Assembly (NCBI GenBank): GCA_017404025.1
Contig: JAFRDD010000003.1
Location: forward strand, 1 to 62,134
Length of the DNA: 62,134 nt
Direction: 5' to 3'
Source of the DNA: Clostridia bacterium
Lineage (GTDB): Bacteria > Bacillota > Clostridia > TANB77 > CAG-508
Every line of letters starts with the position of its first letter. Within the stretch, counting starts at the first letter, position 1. This document shows positions 41,559 through 50,602 of the stretch, piece by piece. Both the position numbers and the translations under genes were made by a program. The notes beneath the pieces are model-generated. The model was not told where the DNA came from. It was given only the letters and a program-made list of their open reading frames with translations, and searched no databases.

Positions 41559-42797
41559 TTAAGCTGCTACTTTTTTTATTATTTTGTTTACATACTCTAA
41601 TTTAACTGCAAATTTTTTATTTAAAGCTTCATGAATATCTATTTTAACTAGTGTTCCTATATCACATTTTTGTAGTTCTTCAGAATCCTCTGGCTTAATT
41701 GCAATATCAATTATATTTTCGTTATAATCATGGAATTTTCCAATTAAATATGGTTTTTCTAATCCTTGCTTATCTGCAATCATTTCTGTATATGTACTTT
41801 CTAATACAAAATATTTATTTACATCGTCAGTATCTTCAGCATCTCCAGTATTTTCACTATCAATAATATTCTCATTAGACGTTTGTTCAGGTGATATACT
41901 TGCTATTTCTCCTTTATTTTCAGTAATAATTCCTTCTTGATTTTCTACTGATTTTTTTGACTTTGATTTTTTCTTAGTCGTAGCTTTTCCTTTTTTACTT
42001 TCTGCATTTTGTTCTTCCTTTGCTACATTTGATTCATCAATAATTTTTTCCTTTGAATTATTATTTTTTGTATCAATTTCAGTAACAACATTTGGTGGTG
42101 AATTTTTTACATTTGTAGATGTGTTATTCACATTTTGAGCATTAATTGTGGATACATTTTGATTATTTTCTTGATTATCGGGAATTTTTTCTACTTGATT
42201 AAAATCTTTTTTCATAATATCTAGAATGTAATTATTGAAAGTTTGACCTAAAATATTTCTTTGTTCTTCTTTCCTTAAAAATAAAATATATTGACCTTTA
42301 ACAGAGCCTTGTTGTTCTTTTTGAAAGCTAAAATATTCTTTTAACCTATTAATTGCTCTTTGACCTGTTATTCTCATTAAAAAAATTCTATCTTTACTAA
42401 TACTTGGTATTAAGAATTTAAACCAAGCAATACGATTGCATTGTGCTTTTCCTTGTTCATTTCTTTGTCTATACTGGCAATTTTCAGTGCATTTAATATT
42501 TTGCCAACCATTTTTTACTTTAAGCTTAGCATCTTTTGAATTTTCCATACATGAGCAAACCTCTCCACTTTGATTATATCTTGCATATTTAACTGATAGA
42601 GGTTCTTTATCAAAGATTTCAATGTCAATACATTGTTTTCCCTTATATAATTCATTAAATTTTTGTAAATATTTTTCCATATAAGGATCTTCACTTTTTG
42701 CTATAAAATAGCCCAATTCCTTTACTCTGTTATTTTCTAATAGACCATGTTGTATTCTACCAATCATTGGCAAATTTACATATCTTGTTTGTTCCAT
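41559..42797 (-). CDS. Phage Gp3-like (recombination directionality factor-like) protein
   Basis: LPMIGRIQHG N-terminus, Cys cluster, disordered linker. Confidence 0.5.
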   Translation of the reverse strand: MEQTRYVNLPMIGRIQHGLLENNRVKELGYFIAKSEDPYMEKYLQKFNELYKGKQCIDIEIFDKEPLSVKYARYNQSGEVCSCMENSKDAKLKVKNGWQNIKCTENCQYRQRNEQGKAQCNRIAWFKFLIPSISKDRIFLMRITGQRAINRLKEYFSFQKEQQGSVKGQYILFLRKEEQRNILGQTFNNYILDIMKKDFNQVEKIPDNQENNQNVSTINAQNVNNTSTNVKNSPPNVVTEIDTKNNNSKEKIIDESNVAKEEQNAESKKGKATTKKKSKSKKSVENQEGIITENKGEIASISPEQTSNENIIDSENTGDAEDTDDVNKYFVLESTYTEMIADKQGLEKPYLIGKFHDYNENIIDIAIKPEDSEELQKCDIGTLVKIDIHEALNKKFAVKLEYVNKIIKKVAA

Positions 42798-42821
42798 ATT
42801 ATTTAAATCCTTCCTTTCCTT

Positions 42822-43178
42822 TTAAGCTGCAATTAGTTCTTGCATTTTACTTTCATATGTATTTGTAAAATCAACCGTATAAATCGGATAAATTGCAGAA
42901 TCAATAACACATATTCCTGTTTGTTCTTTTAAAATTCCTAAATCTTTTAATTGAGGAATAAAATTATCTTTAAACATGTAATCAACAATTATTTTATTAT
43001 CCTCTAATTTTCTTTTATTTTGGTCTAGCGTAATATCAGCAAAATGTGCAATTTCACAAGTATTTGGATCAAGTCCAAATAAACTTAATTGCAAATTACC
43101 ATTTGAATATCTTGAAGTATGAACAAAACAATTAGTAAATTCGGTTTCGTACAAATAAAAATTAAAACCACTTTCCAT
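42822..43178 (-). CDS. Hypothetical protein (DUF4313-like)
   Basis: Y.NGNL.L.L....FADIT...YP.Y pattern. Confidence 0.5.
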   Translation of the reverse strand: MESGFNFYLYETEFTNCFVHTSRYSNGNLQLSLFGLDPNTCEIAHFADITLDQNKRKLEDNKIIVDYMFKDNFIPQLKDLGILKEQTGICVIDSAIYPIYTVDFTNTYESKMQELIAA

Positions 43179-43659
43179 AATTTTTATAATCTCCTTCCAT
43201 TATTCTGTGTAAAAGATTTTTTTGAATAATCCTCCTTTCTTTTAATTTGGGACTAAAAAAAGAAAGTATCTGTTAGAAAAGGGGGCTATCTAACTTTTAC
43301 TTTCTTTATTTTTAAGCATAACAAAAAAATCTATATATTTAAGTTTTGCTTGTATCCCAAGTCTATGCTACATTTTTATAATGTAGAAAAACTGCTATTA
43401 ACTATTATTTTAATAGCTATGCCACAAATTATTTGTGGGTAGTTATAGCAAAAAACTATAACATAATCTTTATACACATTTTTATTGTATATAATTTTTT
43501 TGACAATTTCAATAAACACGGCTAAAAAATTCTTTTCGTTGATTTTTAGGCGTTTGGGAGCAATTTTAGTGTCATAATTTTTATTTTTAGAAAAATTTTT
43601 TATTAAAAAGCAAAGAACACTCACTCGTTAAAGTGAATGCTCCCGCTTGGTCAGATATT

Positions 43660-43857
43660 TTAAATCTCTCCCTTACCATACTTACTATTCTCATCGGAGA
43701 TTTTAGAAAATCTGTCGTATTCCTCCTGTGTCAACTGAGTTACCCCTTCTTCATCAGGTTCCCAAATTTTTGACTCAAAATCATCTTTTATTGCCTTATA
43801 TATCCTACAAAAAAATTTCACTAGCCAAAAGTTTTTCCAGGTATTTTTGCCACTCAT
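43660..43857 (-). CDS. Small hypothetical protein
   Basis: GAGGAGG RBS. Confidence 0.5.
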   Translation of the reverse strand: MSGKNTWKNFWLVKFFCRIYKAIKDDFESKIWEPDEEGVTQLTQEEYDRFSKISDENSKYGKGEI

Positions 43858-44196
43858 AGCTTTTTCCTCCTCAAAATTATCTGTTGGATGTGTACCTATA
43901 TAAAATGATTGACTAAATATGAACCTGACCTATTCATATTTAGTTTTACTGATTTTTACCAGTAATTTATGAATATTTTACAATATTTCAATCAAATTTG
44001 CAATAAAAAAACATCAGCTGTTCCATACTCATATTGCAATAAACCGTACTATTTTCATAAGCTCAAAAAATATTTTTCAAAAAATCCAATATAATCTTAC
44101 AGCATCAACAACTATATTAATTCAAAAAAATTTTTAATGACTATTCCCATTTTCAATAGTATTTTATAGAATTTTATATGGAAGGAGAGGTGCTTT

Positions 44197-44487
44197 ATGG
44201 AAGAGAAGTTTTTAGAATTTATATTTGAAAAAATGGAAGATAGCGATAAGTTTAAATTTAAAAGTAAAGAACTAAGTCGTCTAAAATTTTCTAAGCAAAA
44301 TCAAAGAAAACTTTTAGATAATTATATTTCTAAAAGAGTACACCCACAATCAAGTTTGGAACTTATTAACCTTATTGATGAATATAAAGATTCAATACAA
44401 GACTTTGACCAATGCGAAAGTAAAATGTATTTTATAAAAGGATTTGAAGTTGCTTTTGATTTCTTTATGTCTTTATCCCAAAGATAA
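44197..44487 (+). CDS. Hypothetical protein
   Basis: Strong RBS; helical, YFIKGF motif. Confidence 0.6.
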   Translation: MEEKFLEFIFEKMEDSDKFKFKSKELSRLKFSKQNQRKLLDNYISKRVHPQSSLELINLIDEYKDSIQDFDQCESKMYFIKGFEVAFDFFMSLSQR

Positions 44488-44533
44488 GCTATGCTCTATA
44501 TAAAATATAGGGCATAAAAAAGTAAATAAAGAA

Positions 44534-44644
44534 ATGTAACATAAATACACTTATGTGACATTTTTACCTGTTTTAAATAAAATAATGTACAAAAAATGTA
44601 ACATAAATGATAAAAGTGGTACCTAAAAAATGTAACATAAATGA
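44534..44644. promoter_or_regulatory. dif/IRS-like recombination site: 11-6-11 core plus two direct repeats
   Basis: ATGTAACATAA-ATACAC-TTATGTGACAT; ATGTAACATAA again at 44596 and 44630. Confidence 0.75.
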
Positions 44645-44657
44645 AAGGGTGATTTTA

Positions 44658-45527
44658 ATGGAAGAAAGATTTTTAAAATTTATGCAAGATAAAAATTTAT
44701 CTGAGAATACTTATAACAGTTATGCTAATGATATACGATTATATAAAAAATATTTCTTTGACTCATATGGAAAAGAATTAGATATATTAGTTCATGCAGA
44801 TATATCATCATATTGTAATTATCTTTTTAAAAATAATATTTCTGCATTAACTATCAATAGAAAAATAGCAGCTTTAAAACAATATAATTTATTTTTAATT
44901 GAAGAACATATCCAAGATAAAGTTGTAATTGTAGATAGAGATTATATAAAAATTCATAATTCTTCTGTAAAAAGTGTAGTTTCTCAAAAAGAAATAGAAA
45001 AACTGAAACATTTTACAAGTAGAGATGAAAAAAATCCTATACGCGAATATTGCTTTATAACAATATTAGCATATGCTGGACTTCGTGCAAGTGAAATAGT
45101 AAGATTAAGAATAATTGATATAAACCTAGAAAATAGATTTTTATATATACTAGGAAAAGGAAATAAACTCAGACAAGTTATTATTAATAATCTAATTTAT
45201 GATGCTTTAAAAGAATATTTAGAAGAAAGAAACATAATAGAAACAGAAAATCCTTATTTGTTTATCGGACAAAAAAATAAAAATACTACAAAACCACTTT
45301 CTAGAAATTATTGTAACCGATTACTAAATAAATATAAAACTTTATGTGATAATGCTAAGTTACACCCTCACGGATTAAGAGCTTATTTTTGTACTAATGC
45401 TTTGCATAATGCTGGTTATACTGTTGACCAAGTTGCAGACCAGGCTGGACATTCAAGTTTAAATACGACTAAAAAATATTTGGATCCAGAAAGAAAAAGT
45501 TTATTGGAATTATCTAATAAAATGTGA
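44658..45527 (+). CDS. Xer/TnpI-like tyrosine recombinase
   Basis: AGLRASE, GKGNK, HPHGLR, AGHSS, TTKKY. Confidence 0.9.
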   Translation: MEERFLKFMQDKNLSENTYNSYANDIRLYKKYFFDSYGKELDILVHADISSYCNYLFKNNISALTINRKIAALKQYNLFLIEEHIQDKVVIVDRDYIKIHNSSVKSVVSQKEIEKLKHFTSRDEKNPIREYCFITILAYAGLRASEIVRLRIIDINLENRFLYILGKGNKLRQVIINNLIYDALKEYLEERNIIETENPYLFIGQKNKNTTKPLSRNYCNRLLNKYKTLCDNAKLHPHGLRAYFCTNALHNAGYTVDQVADQAGHSSLNTTKKYLDPERKSLLELSNKM

Positions 45528-45620
45528 ATTTTAAGATTTTTTACTCTCTTTCGACAAATTATTACAAAATTTGCTGTAAAAAATGTTATAATTATTATAA
45601 TAACGTGAAAGGAGTGTTTT

Positions 45621-45782
45621 ATGGATTCAAAAACTATTTTGCTAATTATGAAAAACAGAATTAAATTTTAAAAAATGATTGAGCATAATGCACCACCGAA
45701 AAAAATACTAAAGCAAAGTCAAAAACTAGATGAATACCTTTTTATTCAAATGATTTGGATGAATCGAATAAGAACCGAATAA
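45621..45782 (+). pseudogene. Spo0E-like aspartyl-phosphate phosphatase with an in-frame TAA at 45669
   Basis: AAGGAG RBS; ...ILKQSQKLDEYL matches the SQELD motif. Confidence 0.6.
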
Positions 45783-45929
45783 ACTCCGGTTCTTATTTTG
45801 TAATTTATCTTGTTCTAAATATCATAGTATTGTGAGCAAGGTAATATTTTAAATTTTTTTGGTTCATTATATGATACCTTATGATTTCATTCATTTGAAA
45901 TATCTTCTTTTGGTATTATATCTTTATTT

Positions 45930-47234
45930 TTATGACAAAACTGATTTTATATAATTGTTTATCAACATTAAATGACCACTTAATAAAGATAGATTTATTT
46001 CCTTGTCTAACCCGATTTCTTCTAAAATTCGTAATCTTATTATTAAAACTATTTTATATATGTAAACAACATTTTCATTTCCAAAAAGGTAATTTTCTTT
46101 TTCATCAACATGAGAAAATTTATTTCTAGAATTAATACATTTTTCTATAAAAGTGTCATAATATATAAAAGGATTATTTCCTTTTTTTCGTTCTTCTTCA
46201 AATACTATATATTCCTTATATTTAAACATCTGTTTTAATTTTCTTCTATACGTTATATAGTTCATTCTTTGAATATTATTAATTACTTTTTTGTTAATAT
46301 CTATAGTATTTTTATATTTATTATTAATTTCAGTAAAATCCATATTTTTTACTAATTCTATAATATCATTATTCATTTCTTTAGAAAAATCTTCTTTTTC
46401 ATTTTCAAATATACTTAACCTGTCATATAAACCATCTAGTGTTTGAAGAAGGTTAACAATACTTATTTCCACATATGATTTTGTTTTCATCATAGACATA
46501 AAATACATACTTAGTTGTAAAACTGCATTTTTTGAAAATTTACAGTATGTAATATATGCATTTTTAAAACTCTCATTATTAATATTATTTAATATACCAA
46601 AATCTTTTTGAACATATCTATCATCTGTAATATATTTATTTACAACTTCATTTTCAACAACATAAACAATATCATTTAATTTATATGTTGTATTTTGGAT
46701 TATCGGAAAATATCCTATAATAAAGTTTATTAGTTCGAAGTATTTTGCAAAATAAAAAAACAATTCATTTGTTTTTTTTATGCTTGAAGAAGATATAATA
46801 ATTTCATATTTCTTTCTATTAATAAAATGTTTTATCGTAATATCATCAACTGTAAACTCAATGTTTTCAGAAAAATCCTTACTTTTTAGTTTCTTAGTAT
46901 TTTCAAGTTCCACAATTAATGTATTGCATTTAAAATTTCTTTCATCTACTTTTCCAAATACTATTTCATTAAAAGAAAGATGAATATATAGGCTTTCTTC
47001 TCCTCTAACTGTATAAAAACAATTGAATAGAGTACATATTTCATTTTCTAAAGTTTTTACTTGGATTTGATCTAATGGTACTGTCTGTCTCAAACCTTCA
47101 AATATATTAAAATTATTCGATATTTTCTCATCAATATAAAATTTAATTCCATTATCGTTATCAATGATTTGATTAACACTTATTTCTGTTGAACCATCTA
47201 ATACAATAGATTTTATATTTAATTTTTTATGCAT
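45930..47234 (-). CDS. ApeA-like HEPN nuclease (putative anti-phage)
   Basis: C-terminal RNKFSH (RxxxxH) after a beta-rich N-terminal domain. Confidence 0.65.
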   Translation of the reverse strand: MHKKLNIKSIVLDGSTEISVNQIIDNDNGIKFYIDEKISNNFNIFEGLRQTVPLDQIQVKTLENEICTLFNCFYTVRGEESLYIHLSFNEIVFGKVDERNFKCNTLIVELENTKKLKSKDFSENIEFTVDDITIKHFINRKKYEIIISSSSIKKTNELFFYFAKYFELINFIIGYFPIIQNTTYKLNDIVYVVENEVVNKYITDDRYVQKDFGILNNINNESFKNAYITYCKFSKNAVLQLSMYFMSMMKTKSYVEISIVNLLQTLDGLYDRLSIFENEKEDFSKEMNNDIIELVKNMDFTEINNKYKNTIDINKKVINNIQRMNYITYRRKLKQMFKYKEYIVFEEERKKGNNPFIYYDTFIEKCINSRNKFSHVDEKENYLFGNENVVYIYKIVLIIRLRILEEIGLDKEINLSLLSGHLMLINNYIKSVLS

Positions 47235-47338
47235 AGTATCCTCCTAAATATTTGTAAAGCCAACTTTTCCTCTAATACCGTTCAACCTAATTGCAAAATT
47301 ACAAAATTCTGAATATCACTAAATTGTTTATTTGTATT

Positions 47339-47548
47339 TTACATAGCATTTCTAAAGTCTTCAAGTATCCCCATATATTTTTGTGTTTCACTTCCTATAG
47401 CTTTTTTACTTTGACTAAAAATATGACTTGTAACAGCGCTATACAATTTTCCAGTAGCTTCTGAATTATATTCTTTATCTTCTAATATTACATCTGCTTG
47501 TTTCAATAAGTCTTTTTTATCTTGATTATATTTTTTGTACCAATTCAT
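47339..47548 (-). CDS. Small hypothetical protein
   Basis: MNWYKKY start after an AGGGTG RBS. Confidence 0.5.
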   Translation of the reverse strand: MNWYKKYNQDKKDLLKQADVILEDKEYNSEATGKLYSAVTSHIFSQSKKAIGSETQKYMGILEDFRNAM

Positions 47549-47643
47549 TTTTATCACCCTTTTATAAATTTTTTTACAAACAATATCATTTATATCACAA
47601 CCATTCTTTATTTTCAATAAAAAAATAGTAGAAAATCTACTAT

Positions 47644-47982
47644 TTAATTCTTTAATATATTTTCTGTAATTGATGAAATAATTTTAAAATACATTTTTAA
47701 TTCTTTCGTACTACTATGATCTAAATATGTATCTATTGTATTTCTTACAGTCAATTTTGAATTTTTACATTTTCCAAATAAGATAAAATCTGCATCTACT
47801 CCTGATACTCTACAGATTGTCATAAGAGACTTTGTACTAATTAGAATCTCTCCACGTTCAAGTTTTCCTAAATAATTTTCAGAAAAGCCACATCTTTCTG
47901 CAAATACTTGCCTAGTTTCTTCAAATCTTTTTTCTCTTACTTCTCTTATTCTTACCCCAATTTGAATTGTGTCTTGTGTCAT
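47644..47982 (-). CDS. XRE-family repressor
   Basis: IGVRIREVRE...FAERCG.S..YLGKLERG; divergent from the sigma-like/xis/int arm. Confidence 0.85.
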   Translation of the reverse strand: MTQDTIQIGVRIREVREKRFEETRQVFAERCGFSENYLGKLERGEILISTKSLMTICRVSGVDADFILFGKCKNSKLTVRNTIDTYLDHSSTKELKMYFKIISSITENILKN

Positions 47983-48447
47983 TTTTACATCCTCCCATAG
48001 TTAATTTGTTCTTAACTATGTATATTTTATATGTATTTATAGGAATATTACACTTACTAATCAGTATAAAATAATTACCCTAATAGGCACATTAGAAGCT
48101 TTCAACATTTGATTTATCAACACTTTTTAAAAAGTTGTTTCTAAAAAAGCTATTTCAAGCCTTTTTTCAAGCGCAGTTTTCGACAAAATACGACACAGTG
48201 CTTGTAATATAATTGCTCTGGGCTTAATATGCCTGTTTAAGTAGAACATATCTGCAAATGATGTTTTTAAAAACACACTTAGGATAAATTTACTTTTTAC
48301 AGGCCATATTGAGCCCTTTTACAATAATTACATATTTTTTACTAAAGAATTTGAAATCAATTTTTGAAAGAAAGGAGGTTTTAATTTTTTTGTGTTCCCT
48401 TGATACAGGTGTATTGAGCCCCAATTTTAAATTTGGGAGGTACACTT

Positions 48448-48855
48448 ATGGAGTACAAAAATGATTATAAAGAAGAAAGGTTTAATAGTTTCCTAAACAA
48501 AACTATTATTTTATCATCAAAAGCATATTTTAAAAAACAAGCAAAAATCAATAATGCAGAAAAAGTTATTATTGATGACGAGAATTTTTCTAGTTATATA
48601 CAGGGGTATATTGCGTCTGATAAAACACATATGCCTATTGAAAACATTGAATCAAGTATGGAATTAAACCATGCCTTAAACTGTCTGTCTAATGTTGAAC
48701 AGGCAGTTATTTTTTTACTTTATAAACAAGAACTTACTCAAACAGAAGCTTCAGCTATTTTGAAAATATGTTCAAATTCAGTTAGTAGAATAAAACTACG
48801 TGCAGTAGATAAATTAAAAAAATATTTGAAAGGAGATTTAAAAGATGAAAAATAA
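48448..48855 (+). CDS. Sigma-70 region 4 protein (Tn916 Orf7-like)
   Basis: LS.VEQAVI.LLY..ELTQTEA..IL...VSRIK.RA..KL. Confidence 0.75.
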   Translation: MEYKNDYKEERFNSFLNKTIILSSKAYFKKQAKINNAEKVIIDDENFSSYIQGYIASDKTHMPIENIESSMELNHALNCLSNVEQAVIFLLYKQELTQTEASAILKICSNSVSRIKLRAVDKLKKYLKGDLKDEK

Positions 48856-49024
48856 AACTATTTATGAATTAGGTGTATTAGCTCAAAATGGTAATGAAAT
48901 GGCAATGTTAGAAATCATTGAACGAAAAAAAAATATGATAAAAAAATATAGTTATGGAGATGAAGATAGATATCAATACATAATTTTAAGATTAATTGCA
49001 GGAATTAAAAATTATACATTTTAA
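48845..49024 (+). CDS. Small HTH protein (Tn916 Orf8/YvrJ-like), 59 aa, missed by the ORF track
   Basis: YEL..LAQNGNE.AM.EII....MIKKYS..DED; overlaps the upstream gene. Confidence 0.65.
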   Translation: MKNKTIYELGVLAQNGNEMAMLEIIERKKNMIKKYSYGDEDRYQYIILRLIAGIKNYTF

Positions 49025-49172
49025 ATTTTTTCTAATTTTCAGTAGAATTTTTTTTAAAACTTAAATGAATATATAATAAGGGGCAAAATTTAAAGGATGC
49101 ACTATAAAATTTGACAGGTAGGACAAGCTCTTACCTGTCAGCATTCCTAAATATTTGAAAGGAGAAAATATT

Positions 49173-49343
49173 ATGTTTTATAGATTTATGTTTCTAGGAA
49201 TTTTATTTGCCATAGCTTTAATAATGCTAGAATTACTTTTACCATATCTAAAATATAAATATAGATTAGATAAAGAAGAAAAACAAAAGAAAATAGAACA
49301 TAAAAAATTTGTAAAAAATATAAAAGAATTAGAAATCAAATAA
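49173..49343 (+). CDS. Small membrane protein
   Basis: MFYRFMFLGIL TM followed by a basic tail. Confidence 0.5.
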   Translation: MFYRFMFLGILFAIALIMLELLLPYLKYKYRLDKEEKQKKIEHKKFVKNIKELEIK

Positions 49344-49419
49344 ATTTCTAATAGTCTTGTCATATCTAAAAAGTGTCGACAAAAAATTAACCAAAATAAA
49401 ATAAAGTGGAGTAAATTAA

Positions 49420-49836
49420 ATGTCTAAAGAATTTATAATTAATTTATTTTACATAGAGCATTTATCAGTTAAAGATATCTCAAATAAAGTAAATACTTCA
49501 TCTGCTTATATTACTAAAGTTATAAAACAAGATAGTAGATACTTAGCAGAAAAGACTTATAGAAAAAGCATTTCTAAAGAAAAAAGAAAAATTGCTCAAA
49601 ACAATTTTATAAAAAACAAACGAGAAAAGAAGAGGCTAGAAGATAATTACGCATTTGTTCAAAGTCAACACGAACAAGCTGTAAGAGAATTATCTAAGGC
49701 CTCTAAATTAAGTGATGAAAGTTTTAGAAAATGGAATTATAGTGCCTATAAATTTAACCCTTTAAAGAAACGATTTGAGTTCGACGATACTTTAGGTCGA
49801 GCTGCTGACGTTCCAAAATATATTAAGGGAAGGTGA
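49420..49836 (+). CDS. HTH-containing hypothetical protein
   Basis: LSVKDISNKVNTSSAYITKVIK. Confidence 0.55.
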   Translation: MSKEFIINLFYIEHLSVKDISNKVNTSSAYITKVIKQDSRYLAEKTYRKSISKEKRKIAQNNFIKNKREKKRLEDNYAFVQSQHEQAVRELSKASKLSDESFRKWNYSAYKFNPLKKRFEFDDTLGRAADVPKYIKGR

Positions 49837-49842
49837 TTTACC

Positions 49843-50076
49843 ATGGAAGAAAAATTAGTTGAATTACTTAAAATTTCAAATTTACTAGAAAAAAACCAAG
49901 ATGAATATTTTATAACTATTATTTATAGTTCCTTTGAAGATAATTTATTAACTGTAGCAATGTATTCAAAATTAGATTTTTCAATGCAGCAAAGATGTGA
50001 AATATCATTAGAAACAGAACCAATCGCAAAACTAGATGCACTTATTAGAGCATTGAAAATATTTATGGGGGTGTAA
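49843..50076 (+). CDS. Hypothetical protein
   Basis: Operonic ORF with RBS. Confidence 0.5.
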   Translation: MEEKLVELLKISNLLEKNQDEYFITIIYSSFEDNLLTVAMYSKLDFSMQQRCEISLETEPIAKLDALIRALKIFMGV

Positions 50077-50079
50077 GCA

Positions 50080-50298
50080 ATGAACAAAAAAGAAGCTGTT
50101 GCTTATGCTCAAATAACATTAAATTATATGCTTAGTTCAAAATATAATGGAGAAATTAATCCTGATATATTTGCTGTTGAAATGAGACAAGCTTTTAAAT
50201 TATATCCTAAAAATATTGTAATAACTATTTCAGAAGCTCAAATGAAAGCAAGAAAAAAAATACAGTCCATTAAGACAGGATGTGATGCTGATGAGTGA
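50080..50298 (+). CDS. Hypothetical protein
   Basis: Operonic ORF with RBS. Confidence 0.5.
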   Translation: MNKKEAVAYAQITLNYMLSSKYNGEINPDIFAVEMRQAFKLYPKNIVITISEAQMKARKKIQSIKTGCDADE

Positions 50299-50488
50299 AA
50301 ATAATAAAATTGGTATTTCTGTTGATGAAGCAGCAAAATTATTAGGAATTGGTAAAAATCTTATGTTAAAACTTGTTACAGTTGAAGGATTTCCTGCAAT
50401 TCGTTTTAAAAGAAAAATTATAATCAATAAAAATAAATTGCAACAATGGTTCGATGAAAATACTGGTGTTTATGGAAATTACAAATAA
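50291..50488 (+). CDS. xis: Excisionase (HTH_17-type)
   Basis: SVDEAAKLLGIG...FPAIR...I....L..W; upstream of the integrase. Confidence 0.8.
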   Translation: MSENNKIGISVDEAAKLLGIGKNLMLKLVTVEGFPAIRFKRKIIINKNKLQQWFDENTGVYGNYK

Positions 50489-50602
50489 TTATTTATTATT
50501 TTTTAACATTGTTTTTTTAAGAAATTTATTATAAAATACTATATACAATACAATTTTATAGTATTTTTTATTAACTTCTTTAATTTAGCATTGGAGGGAA
50601 TA

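Noticed and set aside
45669-45671. Stop-codon readthrough in the spo0E-like gene
   Set aside because: Single instance, and TAA is the normal stop throughout the window; a nonsense mutation is the simpler explanation.
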